Assembly (NCBI GenBank): GCA_030390025.1
Contig: CM059432.1
Location: 62,684,001-62,748,000 of the forward strand
From: Squalus acanthias
Taxonomy: Eukaryota
DNA length: 64,000 nucleotides
Direction of reading: 5' to 3'
Under the pieces are notes generated by a model. It had not been told where the DNA came from. It made no database searches and worked only from the letters and a program-made list of their open reading frames with translations. Every line of letters begins with the position of its first letter. Within the stretch, counting starts at the first letter, position 1. Both the position numbers and the translations under genes were made by a program. This document shows positions 47,880-60,800 of this stretch, in pieces.

Positions 47880-50480
47880 GGCAAGTGATGACTCAACGAG
47901 TGGATCAAGGGAAGGCTAAAAAAGGTTGATGAAGCACAGGGGAGGCATTTTAAAGGTATAAAAACGCCGTAAACGACTTCCATTCAAATTTCTTTGCTAA
48001 AAATTTTTCCTACACCATTTATATGCCAATGATGTGCTGAAAAGATGAGGAATTTCACCCTGAGTTAGAGGAGTCTGCACAAGGTGATTCACTCAGCATT
48101 AGTGAATAGGAACAGGTACAAGTGATAAGGGCAGCCCAGGCAAGGGCTTGTCGGAGGGCAAGCTTGGGTTCAGCTGTGCTGAAGAGGTCACAGGTGCAGA
48201 CTTTAGGGGCCCAACAACTGCTCAAAGCTTTGGACTGACTGCCAGGGAGCTGCCGCACTATGTCGGACATGGTGAAACAGTCTGCTGCTAACTTGTGTGT
48301 GATTCTGGCGCATGGAATCAACACTCTGCAGTGATGGAAAGCAAAATCTGGAGAGGTGTATAACGGCCAGCTGATCCAATATCACCTGGTTTACACTATC
48401 ACCAAAAGTTAAAATTTGGGGGATAGTTAGTTTGTAGGTATTTGTGCAATCCATTAAAATGTTAACCTGTTTTGAAATCTGTGTGTGCAGAGTGTTGCTG
48501 TAGTAGCTGTTGACCCTGCAATCTTGGTCTTTGGGCAGGGTGAAAAGACTGGAAGAGACATTGGACATGGCTGGTAATGGGGGTGGGGCAGGGATTATTC
48601 AGCTGAAGCGCTCTTAAATGAGCTGCTGCCAAAGAACTCTGGCTGTCGGCTGGTATTGGTGCCCTCCACTTCTTCACTATCTTCACTGTTATCTATGTTG
48701 TCTTCATCATCTGGTTGAAGGTCATGATCCAATGGTGGCTCCATGTGCTGTCCCTGCTGCAGAGCAAAGTTAGGCAGCATGTAGCAAATCACAATGATCA
48801 CAGAATCACAGAATCCCCACAGTGCAGATAGAGGCCATTTCAGCCCATCGAGCCTGCACCGACACATATCCCACCCTATCCCCGTAACCCCACGTATTTA
48901 ATCCCCCTAACACTAAGGGTCAATTTATCATAGCCAAATCAACCTAACCCGCACATCTTTGGACTGTGGGAGGAAACCGGAGCACCCGGAGGAAACCCAC
49001 GCAGACACGGGGAGAATGTGCAAACTCCACAGACAGTCACCCGAGGCCGGATTCGAATCCGGGTCCCTGGCGCTGTGAGGCAACAGTGCTAACCACTATG
49101 CCACCGTGTTGCATATGGGACCGATATGGGACACTCTCACTGGGCTGTATTTGGAGGATACCATCAGACTTGTCCAGGCAGCCGAAGCATTGCTTGAGCA
49201 CTCCAATGGTCTGCTCAATGATGGCTCTAGTCAACCTGTTTGTAGCGCAGTTCAGCTGGTGAGCATGGGTTCCTTTGAGGTGTCATGAGCCAAGTATGCA
49301 GGTCATAGCTCTTACCCCAAGCATTGAGCCTCTCGCTTGCTGTGCAGGGTCAAAGAGTTGGGGAATGGAGGATTGGCCAATATAAAGGTGTCATGGCAGC
49401 TGCCAGGTATCCAACGGGCATCCATTGTTCATCACACACCAGCTGCACATTAAGGGAATGGAAGACGTTGTGGTTCATGAAGGCAGCGCGCTTGTTTGCA
49501 GGAGCCCTCATGGTGATGTGAGTACAGTCAATGATGCTTTGAACTCGGGGGAAGCCTGCAATGTCTGTGAACTCCTGATCTCTAGCCTGTTATTTCCAGT
49601 TGTCCATGATGAAAGTGATGAAAGTGTTTGCTTTAGTAAAAACATGACATCAGTCACCTGCTGAATGCAAGCATGAACTGCAGACTGACTGATGACTGAT
49701 GCTGCTGATATTCCCTGTTGCAGCATGGAATGAAATAAAGACAAAGAGATTGAGAGCTGTAGTAACTTTGACTGCAACAGGCAATTCAGTGGCAAGCTGT
49801 GGCAGTGTGTTGCAGGTCTGGTTGCAGGAGGCAACACAGGTCTGTGACCGCCTCCCTGGAGAAGTACGGCCTCCTTATGCACTGCTCCTCTGGGAACTGC
49901 GGATATATTACTCTGGGCCTATATACCCTATTGGGAGGGTAAGGACGTCTGCGACCTCCTCATTAGACTCCCAGCAGCTACAGCTGCAGTTCCATGTGGT
50001 CCTTCCCACTGTTGCTGCTGCTCCTCTTCCTCGAGCAAGAATGGAATGGCAAAAAGGATTCTTATTTTCTGAAGTAGCTGGCACCTCCTCGAGCTTCCTG
50101 AAGGTTGTGCAGCCACAGCAATCAGCCAAACAGGACAAAGAAATAAAAACAAGATGTCTACCAAATGATTCCAGTGATCTAAATGAGAGCAGGTGAGTGC
50201 CCCTTTAAGTAATACTTGAACTGTCCGTTTCCCGCCTTGTACCACCCATGATTTGTGGGCGGGCTTAAGAAGCAGTGCTGACTCACTCGGAAATGTCATC
50301 CGGGTCTTAAAGATGTCATCAGACCCCAATTTAAATATATTCATTAGGCCTGTTTCCGGCGAGAGCATTGGTCATTTAAATTGAGGCCCACTCAAAAATC
50401 GCCTCAGGTGCTAACTTGGCTAGTTTTTAATATACGTTTTTCATCCTGTTACTGCCCCGTTCATGTCAAAATATTGGGCC
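47880..50480 (-). mobile_element. Heavily decayed Harbinger with transposase relic on -
   Basis: Fragments TRAIIEQTIGVLKQCFGCLDKSDG, ISQSAVHACIQQVTD and CYMLPNFALQQG; end gtcaaaatattgggcc. Interrupted by a SINE. Left boundary uncertain. Confidence 0.75.
48797..49108 (-). mobile_element. HE1-type V-SINE, full length
   Basis: Nearly identical to 33124-33436; inserted in a Harbinger transposase relic. Confidence 0.9.
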
Positions 50481-51227
50481 GAAGGGAGATGAAAATTGCC
50501 CCTTATTTCCACATCTGGTCTGATATTGCATTGTGTTTAAAGATCTCATTAAAAGATGTAGATGCAATATATGTATTGTAATGTGGAACACTTCTAATCA
50601 ACTCTCTTCCATGCAATTTTTACCATGATAGATTCCATTGACTTACAAGCCAATATTTTGCCATGGCCAGTAAATTTACCACCAAATGTTTGAGAGATTT
50701 TTACCTGGTGATAATGGCTGCTGCCATGCAAAACAATATTCCCACCGAGACTAATACTTGCAGTCATCAGTTAACACTAAAGAAGCTGAATAAAGTAATT
50801 GTGGGAAGGCTGGCAAAATTACCACTTTATTTCTTGTTTTTCCCTTTTGTAAGTACGAGAAGAGATCAGCTTTAACTTTGACCCCAAGCAATGTGATTTT
50901 TTAAAAAAGTTTTAACTATTTATCAGCAATTCTTTAAAAACAGTGCTCAAAGCTTGTGTGCTCCTGGAACAAGTTGCAGTCAATCTTGTCGTCGGTCACG
51001 CAGGACTCCAATCAAGTATTCAAATCAATTTTTTGGGGTAGGAGCAAAGTCAGAGGAAAGGAATTTCACTTGTTGAAACCCAGCCTCTACTCAGCCCTTT
51101 CACCATCTCCTTATTGCAGGTGGCAGGTTTCTTGCCAGAACACAGCTGGACAGGTGTCCCAATCTACCAGTTACTGACAGAAAGGGAAAATAAACAGAAC
51201 AATAGGTATGTACATTTCCCACTCAAA

Positions 51228-52914
51228 GGCCATGATTTTATCATCAGTGTCGGGATGGTGGCGGGAGAGCTGGTTTCCGGGTTCCAGTCATGATCCTGGC
51301 TGCAGCCGCTCTGTCAAAGGGATTTTCCCTTGATTGGCCTTGTTAAGCCCGCCCTGCGGGCTTCCCGGCCAATTAACAGGAAGCGGGTCTGATGACGTCA
51401 TTTGATGACGTGTCATCAGCCGGTTTCCTTAAAGGGACCACGGCCACATTTAGATTGACAGTTGTTCTGTCAGTGTTTTACAGCATTGAGGTGCTGCAAA
51501 CACTGACGAGCACTGCACAAAGGTGGACGCTTGCCCCCAGGCTCTCCAATGACTGACTCCCTCCATATGCTTATTCCAAAGGCGGAAGAGACCTCCCCAG
51601 GACACCAACACAGCCTGGTTGCACATTGCACAGCAGGGCAAAAGCAGGGATGTCATCAGGGGTCCCTGGCTGCAGTGGCGCAAACCTTTCAATAATCTCA
51701 GTGGATCACGAAATGTTACTGCAAAGCCACACTCAAACTCACCCTGCTGTGCCACTCAACACATCCCCATAACTCTGCCTTCCATACCCTTCTCCTGCAC
51801 ATCGTAACTCACACCAACTTACCTTGCACCTCCACCCAACCCTCTCTATCTACTTTATCACTTCCCCATCTCACTAGCCACCCCTCACCCTCACCCTCAT
51901 CCTACTGCAAGCATACCAACTAACAACACACAAGGGTAGGCACTTGAGAGGTTTAGCCAATGTCCATGTGAAATTTCTGGTAATGTGTTGTCATACAGTG
52001 AAATCTATTTTTCCAACACTGTCCTTTATTGGATAGATCTGAGCGCACCTTGAGAAGTGTCTTACTGAGTTCCAGTGAAAGTTGAGACATAACTCCCCCC
52101 CACCCCCTGCTATAGTGTGCATGGAATGGCTTGGACATTAAAGGGATGCTTTATGGTGCTGGTGTGGGATAGTGTCAACCTGGCGCATCATGCGGCAGCC
52201 AGGGTTAACAGCGTCAAGTGAAGTAAATCTGGCCATGGTGATGCCTCCCGGGCAGCAATGTTGTCAGGGGCTGATGCGCTGTGTCCTGTGCAACATTAAG
52301 TGATGGCGGAGAAGGTTGGTGTGCCTGGTGATGTTGGCATTAGGGCTGATCGTGGAAGGATTGAAAGAACCAAGGTGTGATTTTTTTCAAGGGCACCGAT
52401 GTTGCTGCAATAGATGGCAGCTGCAGGTGAGATGACAGAAGCGATCTGTCAATGGTGAGAGAGGTTGTTTCAATGAGGTGGCACTGGACATACAGTTGTC
52501 TCTAAACACTTGCAAGCTAAAGAAATCTCTATATGTATTATAAATGAAGTAACCAATATTTTCTGCACTCTGAAACTGACCATCTGCAACATGGCATCCT
52601 TTACACCACTTCTGCAGCTGTCAGCTTATCAGATAAATCAGAGCAGACTCAAATCATGCCAAGTTGAGCTGACGTGTTCCCTGAGCAGCGGGTAACCCGT
52701 GGGGGAGAACGTAAAATTGGAAGGAAGCTTCAAAATAGTATTAAATTAGCTGTTAACAAGCCATTTAACTAGCTCAATTGTATGCCCCTGCTCTATTGAC
52801 AGACCTGACACCTTTGCTATTTGACAGCGGACCCGCCTCCAAACCCGCCCTCTGAGCGCTGGCAAATTTGCGGCCAAAGTAACTGTTAATACCTGCCAGA
52901 GGAAAATCTGCACC
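51228..52914 (-). mobile_element. Second, more decayed copy of the 8278-10057 Harbinger derivative, in opposite orientation
   Basis: Collinear reverse-complement similarity to 8278-10057 (e.g. aagggaccacggccacatttaga; Myb-like relic at 51520-51720); ends GGCCATGATTTT ... AAAATCTGCACC. Confidence 0.8.
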
Positions 52915-53034
52915 CAAGTTCTGAACATTCCACCTTAGGACTGTATTGACCTTTCAACCATTGTCTCAATACTCTCACCAAATAATGACAAGGAAATCTC
53001 ATTCCATACCTCATAAAACAAATACTGAGGTGTT

Positions 53035-54200
53035 CATAAGATCATAAGAACATAAGAAATAGGGGCAGGAGTAGGCCATTCTGCCCCTCGAGCCTGTTCC
53101 GCCATTCAATAAGATCATGGCTGATCTGATCTTGGCCTCAACTCCACTTTCCTGCCCGCTCCCCATAACCCTTGATTCCCATGTTTTTCAAAAATCTGTC
53201 TATCTTCGCCTTGAATATATTCAATGACTCCGCCTCCACAGCTCTCTGGGGTAGAGAATTCCAAAGATTCACGACCCTCTGAGAGAAGAAATTTCTCCTC
53301 ATCTCCGTTTTAAATGGGCGACCACTTATTCTGAAACTATGCCCCCTAGTTCTAGATTCCCCCACGAGGGGAAACACCCTGCCTGCATCTACTCTGTCAA
53401 ACCCCCTCAGAATCTTATATGTTTCAATAAGATCCCCTCTCATTCTTCTAAACTCCAGTGAGTATAGGCCCAACCTGCTCAACCTTTCCTCATAAGGCAA
53501 CCCCTTCAACTCAGGAATCAACCTAGTGAACCTTCGCTGAACTGCCTCCAATGCAAGTATATCCTTCCTTAAATAAGGAGACCAAAACTGTACGCAGTAC
53601 TCCAGGTATGGTCTCACCAACGCCCTGTACAGTTGTAGCAAGACTTCCCTACTATTATACTCCATCCCTCTTGCAATAAAGGCCCGTATTCCATTTGCCT
53701 TCCTAATTACTTGCTGTACCTGCATGCTAACTTTTTGTGTTTCATGTACGAGGACCCCCAGATCCCTCTGTACCGCAGAATTTTGTAGTCTCTCAACATT
53801 TAAATAATATTTTGCTTTTTTATTCTTCTTACCAAAGTGGATAACCTCACATTTTCCCACATTATACTCCATCTGCCAAATTTTTGCCCACTCACTTAAC
53901 CTATCTATATCCCTTTGCAGACTCTTTGTTTATTCCTCACAACTTGCTTTCCCACCTATCTTTGTATCGTCAGCAAATTTGGCAACAGTACACTCGGTCC
54001 CTTCATCCAAGTCATTAATCTGGATTGTAAATAGTTGAGGCCCCAGCACTGATCCCTGTGGCACCCTGCTAGTTACAGTTTGCCAACCTGAAAATGACCC
54101 ATTTAATTCCGGCTCTCTGTTTTCTGTTAGTTAGCCAATCCTCTATCCAGTCTAATATATTACCCCCAACTCCTTGAGCTCTTATCTTGTGCAGTAACCT
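53035..54200 (-). mobile_element. CR1 3' fragment
   Basis: ORF 53138..53872 and (ttcttatg)n tail. Confidence 0.92.
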
Positions 54201-54795
54201 AAGAGCTCACTTTTTTAGCCTAAGAACATTTCAGGTCACTTTTAAAAAGAAAGTTTTCAATTCACATACTGTAATGCTGAAACAAGCACGAATGTTTCAA
54301 TAAGATTGCAACTTAATGAACCAGAAATAATATATTATCCATATACCACGAAAAGAAAACTCTTGAAAAACATTTAAAAATAAAAATAAAAAATAAATTT
54401 CTTGTCCTGTGTTTTACTTTTCTTCCCATTCTCTCTTACCTCCATTCTTTCATTTTTTTGTTCCTGCCTTTATTAATCTTTGGCCCTCCATTTGCCACAA
54501 TATTTATGCAGCCATCAATCTGCTCAACCTTTGATGTCCTTGTCCCCAGCAAAACCTTTACTCTCTTCCATCCTTATTGTTCTCCCTAATATGGCCCCCA
54601 TCTTTGATCCCTCCAGTCCAAGAGGCGCAGACTTGAGAGTATCTGATGCAACACTGGTTTAGCCATCCATCACCAGATCTGGCTGGACCACCTCACGTGC
54701 CCAAGGCTTCACTCTCCTCTGCCAAAACTGCCCACTGCTCGAGGATCATCCTGGAAAGCAAACCAACAATACCAACAACAATTTGCATTATATAT

Positions 54796-57700
54796 TGTAG
54801 GTGGTTTGCCTTGGTGGTTCGAATCACCTCTCCTACTTAGTTTTAGACGACAGGAATTACGGTGAACAGGATTGGAACACAGACAAGCTTTTCGGACTCA
54901 ACCGTACGGTGTTTAATAAGGTTGACACACATACCCGCCTGCAGTACGTAAAATGCCTGGTGGCGTAAAACAAACAGTCCAACAATATGACTTGGCCTGT
55001 CGAACAGGCCCCTGTCTCGTATTAAGACGCCTAAAATCACACTGTGTTGCTATGCAGAGTATAACATGGACTTGTCCCACAAACCCCGGAACATACACTA
55101 TAGAATACACACAGAACCTCCCCACTAAACCCCTCTGGATTGGTTGGGACACACAATGCCCCCTCACACAGTACCGGTGGTCTTAGGGATGCGTGGGCTT
55201 GGACAATGCTCACCCCGATTGTCTGTTTTCTTGCTCGCTGCTTCCCTGTGTAGAGCGTGTCTCATAGAAACATAGAAACATAGAAGATAGGAGCAGGAGT
55301 AGGCCATTCGGCCCCTTGAGCCTGCTCCGCCATTCAATGAGATCATGGCTGATCATCCAAACTCAGTACCCTGTCCTTGCCTTCTCCCCATATCCCTTGA
55401 TACCTTTAGCCTTAAGAAATATATCTAACTCCTTCTTGAATATATTTACTGACTTGGCCTCAATTGCCTTCTGTGGTAGAGAATTCTACAGGTTCACCAC
55501 TCTCTGGGTGAAGAAATTCCTCCTCATCTCTGTCCTAAATGGCTTACCCCTTATCTTTAGACTGTGACCTCTTGTTCTGGACTCACCCGCCATCGGGAAC
55601 ATCGTTCCTGCATCCAGTCTGTCTAGCCCTGTTAGAATTTTATAAGTTTCAATGAGATCTCCTCTCATTCTTCTAAAATCCAGCGAGTATAAGCCCAATC
55701 GACCCAATCGCTCCTCGTACGTCATTCCTGCCATTCCAGGTATCAGTCTGGTGAATCTTCGCTGCACACCCTCCATGGCAAGAACATCCTTCCTCAGATA
55801 AGGCGACCAAAACTGCACACAATACTCAAGGTGTGGTCTCACCAAGGCCCTGTACAGCTGCAGCAAGACATCCTTGTTCCTGTACTCAAACCCTCTTGCT
55901 ATGAAGGCCAACATACCATTTGCCTTCTTAACCGCCTGATGTACCTGCATGCTTACCTTCAGCGACTGGTGCACAAGGACACCCAGGTCTCGTTGCACTT
56001 CCCCTTCTCCCAATCTATTGCCGTTCAGATAATAATCTGCCTTTCTGTTTTTGCCACCAAAGTGGATAACCTCGCAATTATCCACATTATACTGCATCTG
56101 CCATGCTTCTGCCCAATCACCCAACCTGTCCAAATCATACTGGAGTTTCTCTGCATCCTCCTCGCAGCACACACGCCCACCCAGCTTTGTGTCATCTGCA
56201 AACTTGGAGATATTACATCTAGTTCCCTCATCTAGATCATTAATATATATAGTGAATAGCTGGGGTCCTAGGACCGATCCCTGCGGAACCCCACTAGTCA
56301 CTGCCTGCCACTCGGAAAAAGACCCGTTTATTCCAACTCTTTGCTTCCTGTCTGCCAACCAGTTCTCTATCCAAGCCAGTACCTTGCCCCCAATCCCATG
56401 TGCCTTTACTTTACACGCTAATCTCTTATGCGGGACCTTATCGAAAGCCTTCTGAAAGTCCAAATACACCACATCCACTGGTTCTCCCTTATCTATTCTA
56501 TCAGTTACATCCTCAAAAAATTCCAGTAGATTAGTCAAGCACGATTTACCTTTTGTAAATCCATGTTGACTTTGTCCGATCCTGTCACTGTTTTCCAAGT
56601 GCTCTGCTATTACATCTTTTATAATGGACTCTAGCATTTTCCCCACAACCGATGTCAAGCTTACCGGTCTATAATTCCCCGTTGTTTCTTTACCACCTTT
56701 TTTAAATAGTGGGGTTACATTAGCTACCCTCCAATCCATGGGAACTGTTCCAGAGTCTATAGAATTTTGGAAGATGACCAGCAATGCATCTACTATTTCT
56801 AGGGCCACTTCCTTAAGTACCCTAGGATGTAGATTATCAGGCCCTGGGGATTTATCGGCCTTTAATGCCATCAATTTCCCTAACACTATTTCCCTACAAA
56901 TATTGATTTCATTCCGTTCCTCCCTCTCATTAGACCCTATGTTCCCCGACATCTCTGGGAGGTTATTTGTGCTCTCCTTTGTGAAGACAGAGCCAAGGTA
57001 TGTATTTAATTGGCCTGCCATTTCTTTGTTCCCCATTATAAATTCCCCTGATTCTGACTGCAAGGGACCTACACTTGATTTCACCAATCCTTTTCTCTTC
57101 ACATATCTATAGAAGCTTTTACAGTCAGTTTTTATGTTCCCTGCAAGCTTACTCTCATAATCTATTTTCCCCCTCTTAATTAATCCCTTTGTCCTCCTTT
57201 GCTGAATCCTAAACTGCTCCCAATCCTCAGGTTTACTGCTTTTTCTGGCCAATTTATATGTCCTCTCCTTGGATCTTATGCTATCCCTGATTTCCCTTGT
57301 CAGCCATGGTTGAGTCACCTTTTTTGTTTTATTTTTATGCCAGACAGGGATGAACAAATTCTGTAGTTCATCCATGCGATCTTTGAATGTTTGCCATTGC
57401 CTATCCACTGTCAACCCTTTGAGTAACATTCCCCAATCTATCCTACCCAACTCGCGCCTCATACCATCGTAGTTTCCTTTATTTAAATTCAGGACCCTAG
57501 TCTCTGAGTCAACTATTTCATTCTCCATCTTAATGAAGAATTCTATCTCCTGGTTCCGTATCGCTGATGCAGTATCCAAGTCCCAGTTTCGAGGTTCGTT
57601 CCTACAGTTGAAGAGCAAGGTGAGGCTCTTGTCGCTCGTGGTGGTTTCTTCTCTCCCGTCTCGGACGGAGTGCTCGGTTCTTGGTTCAGAGATGAGGACA

Positions 57701-58172
57701 CGCGAAGGCGAGAGCAAGAGATGAGAGCGAGAATGGCCTAAGCTGCCTTCTCTTATACCCTAAAAGTTCATTGAGGTTTGTGTATTGCAGTGATGTCTTT
57801 TTAATCACCCTTCTTTGTCTGGTTTCCCGCCTTTCATGGCTATCCCATCTAGGTGCTGGTGTTAATGGCAGATGATGGGCCACACTTCTCACCCGATCCT
57901 GGGTTAAGTGGTTTCCCATTAACATACAATGGCCCTCCATCTTCTGCCCGTTACCGTATGAGTCACCTACCCGGGCCCATTGTTTCCCAGAGAACTCTGT
58001 CTGCTCAGACATTCTCCCATCATCAGTTTGAAGGCCTGGCTGGAATCTCCTGTCCATCACGAACACCTGGGCCCCTCCCATCTTCTCCAAACAGGCTGCT
58101 GGTCAATCAGCAGAAACAATCATACAAAATGTCCGCTACAAAAAATCCTTGGGGCCTGCGCTGATGCTTACA
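54796..58172 (-). mobile_element. Solo LTR (about 1.1 kb net), interrupted by a CR1 and inserted in an L2 tail
   Basis: TG...CA termini (TGTAGG / CTTACA); ATAT/ACAT 4-bp TSD; removal restores the L2 tail tatat-agtgcctttaac. Minus strand has TATAA at about 57753-57757, a pyrimidine-rich stretch, and ATTAAA at about 54912-54917. Confidence 0.75.
55264..57545 (-). mobile_element. Young CR1 LINE, 5'-truncated, with a nearly complete RT frame
   Basis: Open frame down to 55486 with [28 protein letters not shown] and FADD; a single TGG-to-TAG stop near the C-terminus; (tttctatg)n tail; candidate TCTC TSD. Confidence 0.95.
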
Positions 58173-58291
58173 ACATAGTGCCTTTAACATAGTAAAATGT
58201 CCTGAAGCACTTCACAGGCGCGTTATCAAACAAAATTTGACACTGAGTCACATAAGGAAATTTGACACCGAGCCACATAAGGAAATATTAT

Positions 58292-59061
58292 ATATGATAG
58301 CAAAATACTGCGGATGCTGGAAATCCGAAATAACAACAGAAAACGCTGGAAAAACTCAGCAGGCCAGGCAGCATCCGTGGAGAGAGAAACAGAGTTAACG
58401 TTTCAGGTCGAAGACCTTTTGTCAGAACTGGAAAAAAGCAGGAAATGAAATAGATTTAAAGCAAGTTTAATGCTGGGAAAAGGGGGAGGGGATGAAAGAA
58501 CAAAAGGGAAGGTCAGTGGTAGGATAGAAAGCTGGAGAGATTAAGAGACATTGAGAGACATTAAGAGATATTCAAGGCAAGAGGAGGTGGTAATATGACA
58601 GGTTGAGGCTGGATGAAGTGTGAAATGCGCTGGCAGAATGAAGGATAGCTACCAGCTTCTGGGAGGGAAGAAAAAAGGCCAAACAAAAGGGTGGATGAAA
58701 AAATAAAATAAAAAAATATATATATGTGATAGGGGCCGGGGTTATGATCTGAAATTGTTGAACTCTATGTTGAGTCCAGAGGGCTGTAGAGTGCCTAAAC
58801 GAAAGATGAGGTGCTGTTCCTCGAGCTTACGCTGAGCTTCCGTGGAACAATGCAAGAGGCCGAGGACGGTGAGGTCAGAGTGGGAGTGGAGCGGAGAATT
58901 AAAGTGACAGGCCACCAGGAGCTCGGGGTCCCCCTTATGGACTGAACGGAGGTGTTCCGCAAAGCGTTCACCCAATCTGCGTTTGGTCTCCCCAATGTAG
59001 AGGAGACCACATCGTGAGCAGCGAATACAATATACTAAATTGCAGGAAGTACAAGTATTAT
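58292..59061 (-). mobile_element. Penelope-like element 3' fragment inserted in an L2
   Basis: GIY-YIG segment ERFAEHLRSV...GTLQPSGLNIEFNNFRS; same terminal repeat as the 30805 copy; candidate TSD gaaatattat at 58282-91 and 59062-71. Confidence 0.88.
58393..58429 (-). ncRNA. Minimal type I hammerhead motif with a core substitution
   Basis: Minus strand: AGUU-CUGACAA-A-AGGUC uuc GACCU-GAA-ACGU-U-AACU; palindromic ACGU intact but CUGANGA changed to CUGANAA. Confidence 0.6.
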
Positions 59062-59469
59062 GAAATATTATGACAGATGACCAAAAGCTTGGTCAAAGAG
59101 GTAGGTTTTAAGGAGTGTCTTAAAGGAGAAGAGAGAGGTAGAGAGGTTTACGGAGGGAATTCCAGAGCTTAGGGCCTTGGCAACTGAAGGCATGGCTGCC
59201 AATGGTAGAGCAATTAACATTGAGGATGCGCAAGAGGCCAGAATTGGAGGAGTGCAGATATCTCGGAGAGTTGTCGGGCTGGAGGAGTTTCAGAGATAGG
59301 GAGGGGCAAGGTTATGGAGGAATTTGAAAACAAGGATGATAATTTTAAAATCGAGGCGTTGCCGGAACAGCAGCCAATGTAAGTCAGCGAGCCCAGGGTG
59401 ATGGGTGAACAGGACTTGGTGCGATTTAGGATACGGGCAGCAGTGTTTTGGATGAGCTCAAGTTTTATG

Positions 59470-60800
59470 CTCCCTTGATCCTATTCCCACTAAACTGATG
59501 ATAGCCTAACTTTCTTTCCTTGCCTCCATGCTAGCTGACATTGTAGATAGTTTCTTCTCCTCAGGTACTGTCCCCCTCCCTTTCAAAACTGCTGTCATTA
59601 TTCCCACACCTTTAAAATTCCACTCTTGAGTTCTCTATCCTTGCACACTATTGCCTTATCTCCAATCTATCTCTCCTCTCCAAATTCCTTGAACATGTTC
59701 TTGCCTCTGAAATTCATGCTTATCTTTCCAGCAACTTCCTATTTGAATCTTCCCAATCTGGTTTCTGTCCCTGCCACAGCACTGAAACAACACTAATCAA
59801 AGACATCCTCTGTGACTGTGGTGCATATCTCTTCTCGTCCTCCTCTTCCTCTCTCAGCCTTTGTCACGGTTGACCACACCATCCTCCTCCAATGTGTCTC
59901 ATGCATTGTTCATTTCAGTGGGACAGCCCTCGCTTAATTCTCAATACCTATCCGCTTGTAGCCATAGCATCTCTAGCAATGGCCTCTCCTCTCGGCCCAC
60001 ACTGTTATCTATGAAGTGCCCCATGGATCTATCCTCATGGCCCCCTCCTCTTCCTCAGGTACATGCTGCCCCTTAGTGATATTGTCTGTAGACATGGGGT
60101 CACCTGCCACATATATGCTGACGACACTCTACCTCTCCACCACCTATCTCGACCCCTTCACTGCCTCTGTGTTGCAGGCTGTTTATCCAAATCCAATCCT
60201 GGATGAGCAGCAATTTCCTAAAGCCAAATATTGGGAAAGCTTAAGCTCCTGTCTTCGGCCTCCTTCACAAACTTATCACCCTTGCCTTCAATTCCATTCT
60301 CCTCCCAGCCACTGTCTCAGGCTGAAACAGACTGTTCACAACCTCAGCATCCTATTTGACACCAAGCTCACTTTTTGACCCCACATCCTTTCAATCACAA
60401 AGACCACCTACTTCCACCTCTACCCTTATCTCCTCCCATCTGTTCCTGAAACTCCCATTCATTCATCACCTTTAGACTTGACTATTCAACTGCGTTCCTG
60501 TCTGGCCTCCCGTCCTCTACTCTCCATAAACCTCAGCTCATTCAAAACTCTGTTACCCATACACTATCTGCAACAAGTCCCGCTCACCTATCACACTGTT
60601 CCTGCTGACCTACATTGGCTTTCATTCTCCAATGCCTCAAATTTAAAATTCTTATCCTTGTGTTTAAATTCCTTTACATCCTCACCCCTAACTTTGCCCC
60701 ACCATTGATGACTGAGCCTTCAGCTGCCTGGGCCCCATGCTCTGGAATTCCCACACTAAACCCCTCTCTCTCCACCCCTCTCCTCCCCATTCAAACCTTT
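59470..60800 (+). mobile_element. Heavily decayed L2 RT region
   Basis: Relics of QSGFxPxHSTET, AFxTVDH, YADD and LHWL motifs with many frameshifts. Confidence 0.7.

Larger units (their letters stand above)
54772..59465 (-). mobile_element. L2 3' fragment split by LTR and Penelope insertions (54772-54795, 58173-58291, 59062-59465)
   Basis: The three pieces rejoin into a continuous L2 3' end collinear with 62884-63405. Confidence 0.8.

Noticed and set aside
51120..51205. Exon-like segment (ttattgcAG ... AG|GTATGT) open as VAGFLPEHSWTGVPIYQLLTERENKQNN
   Set aside because: Downstream of the CLC stop, with no recognisable homology or partner exons.
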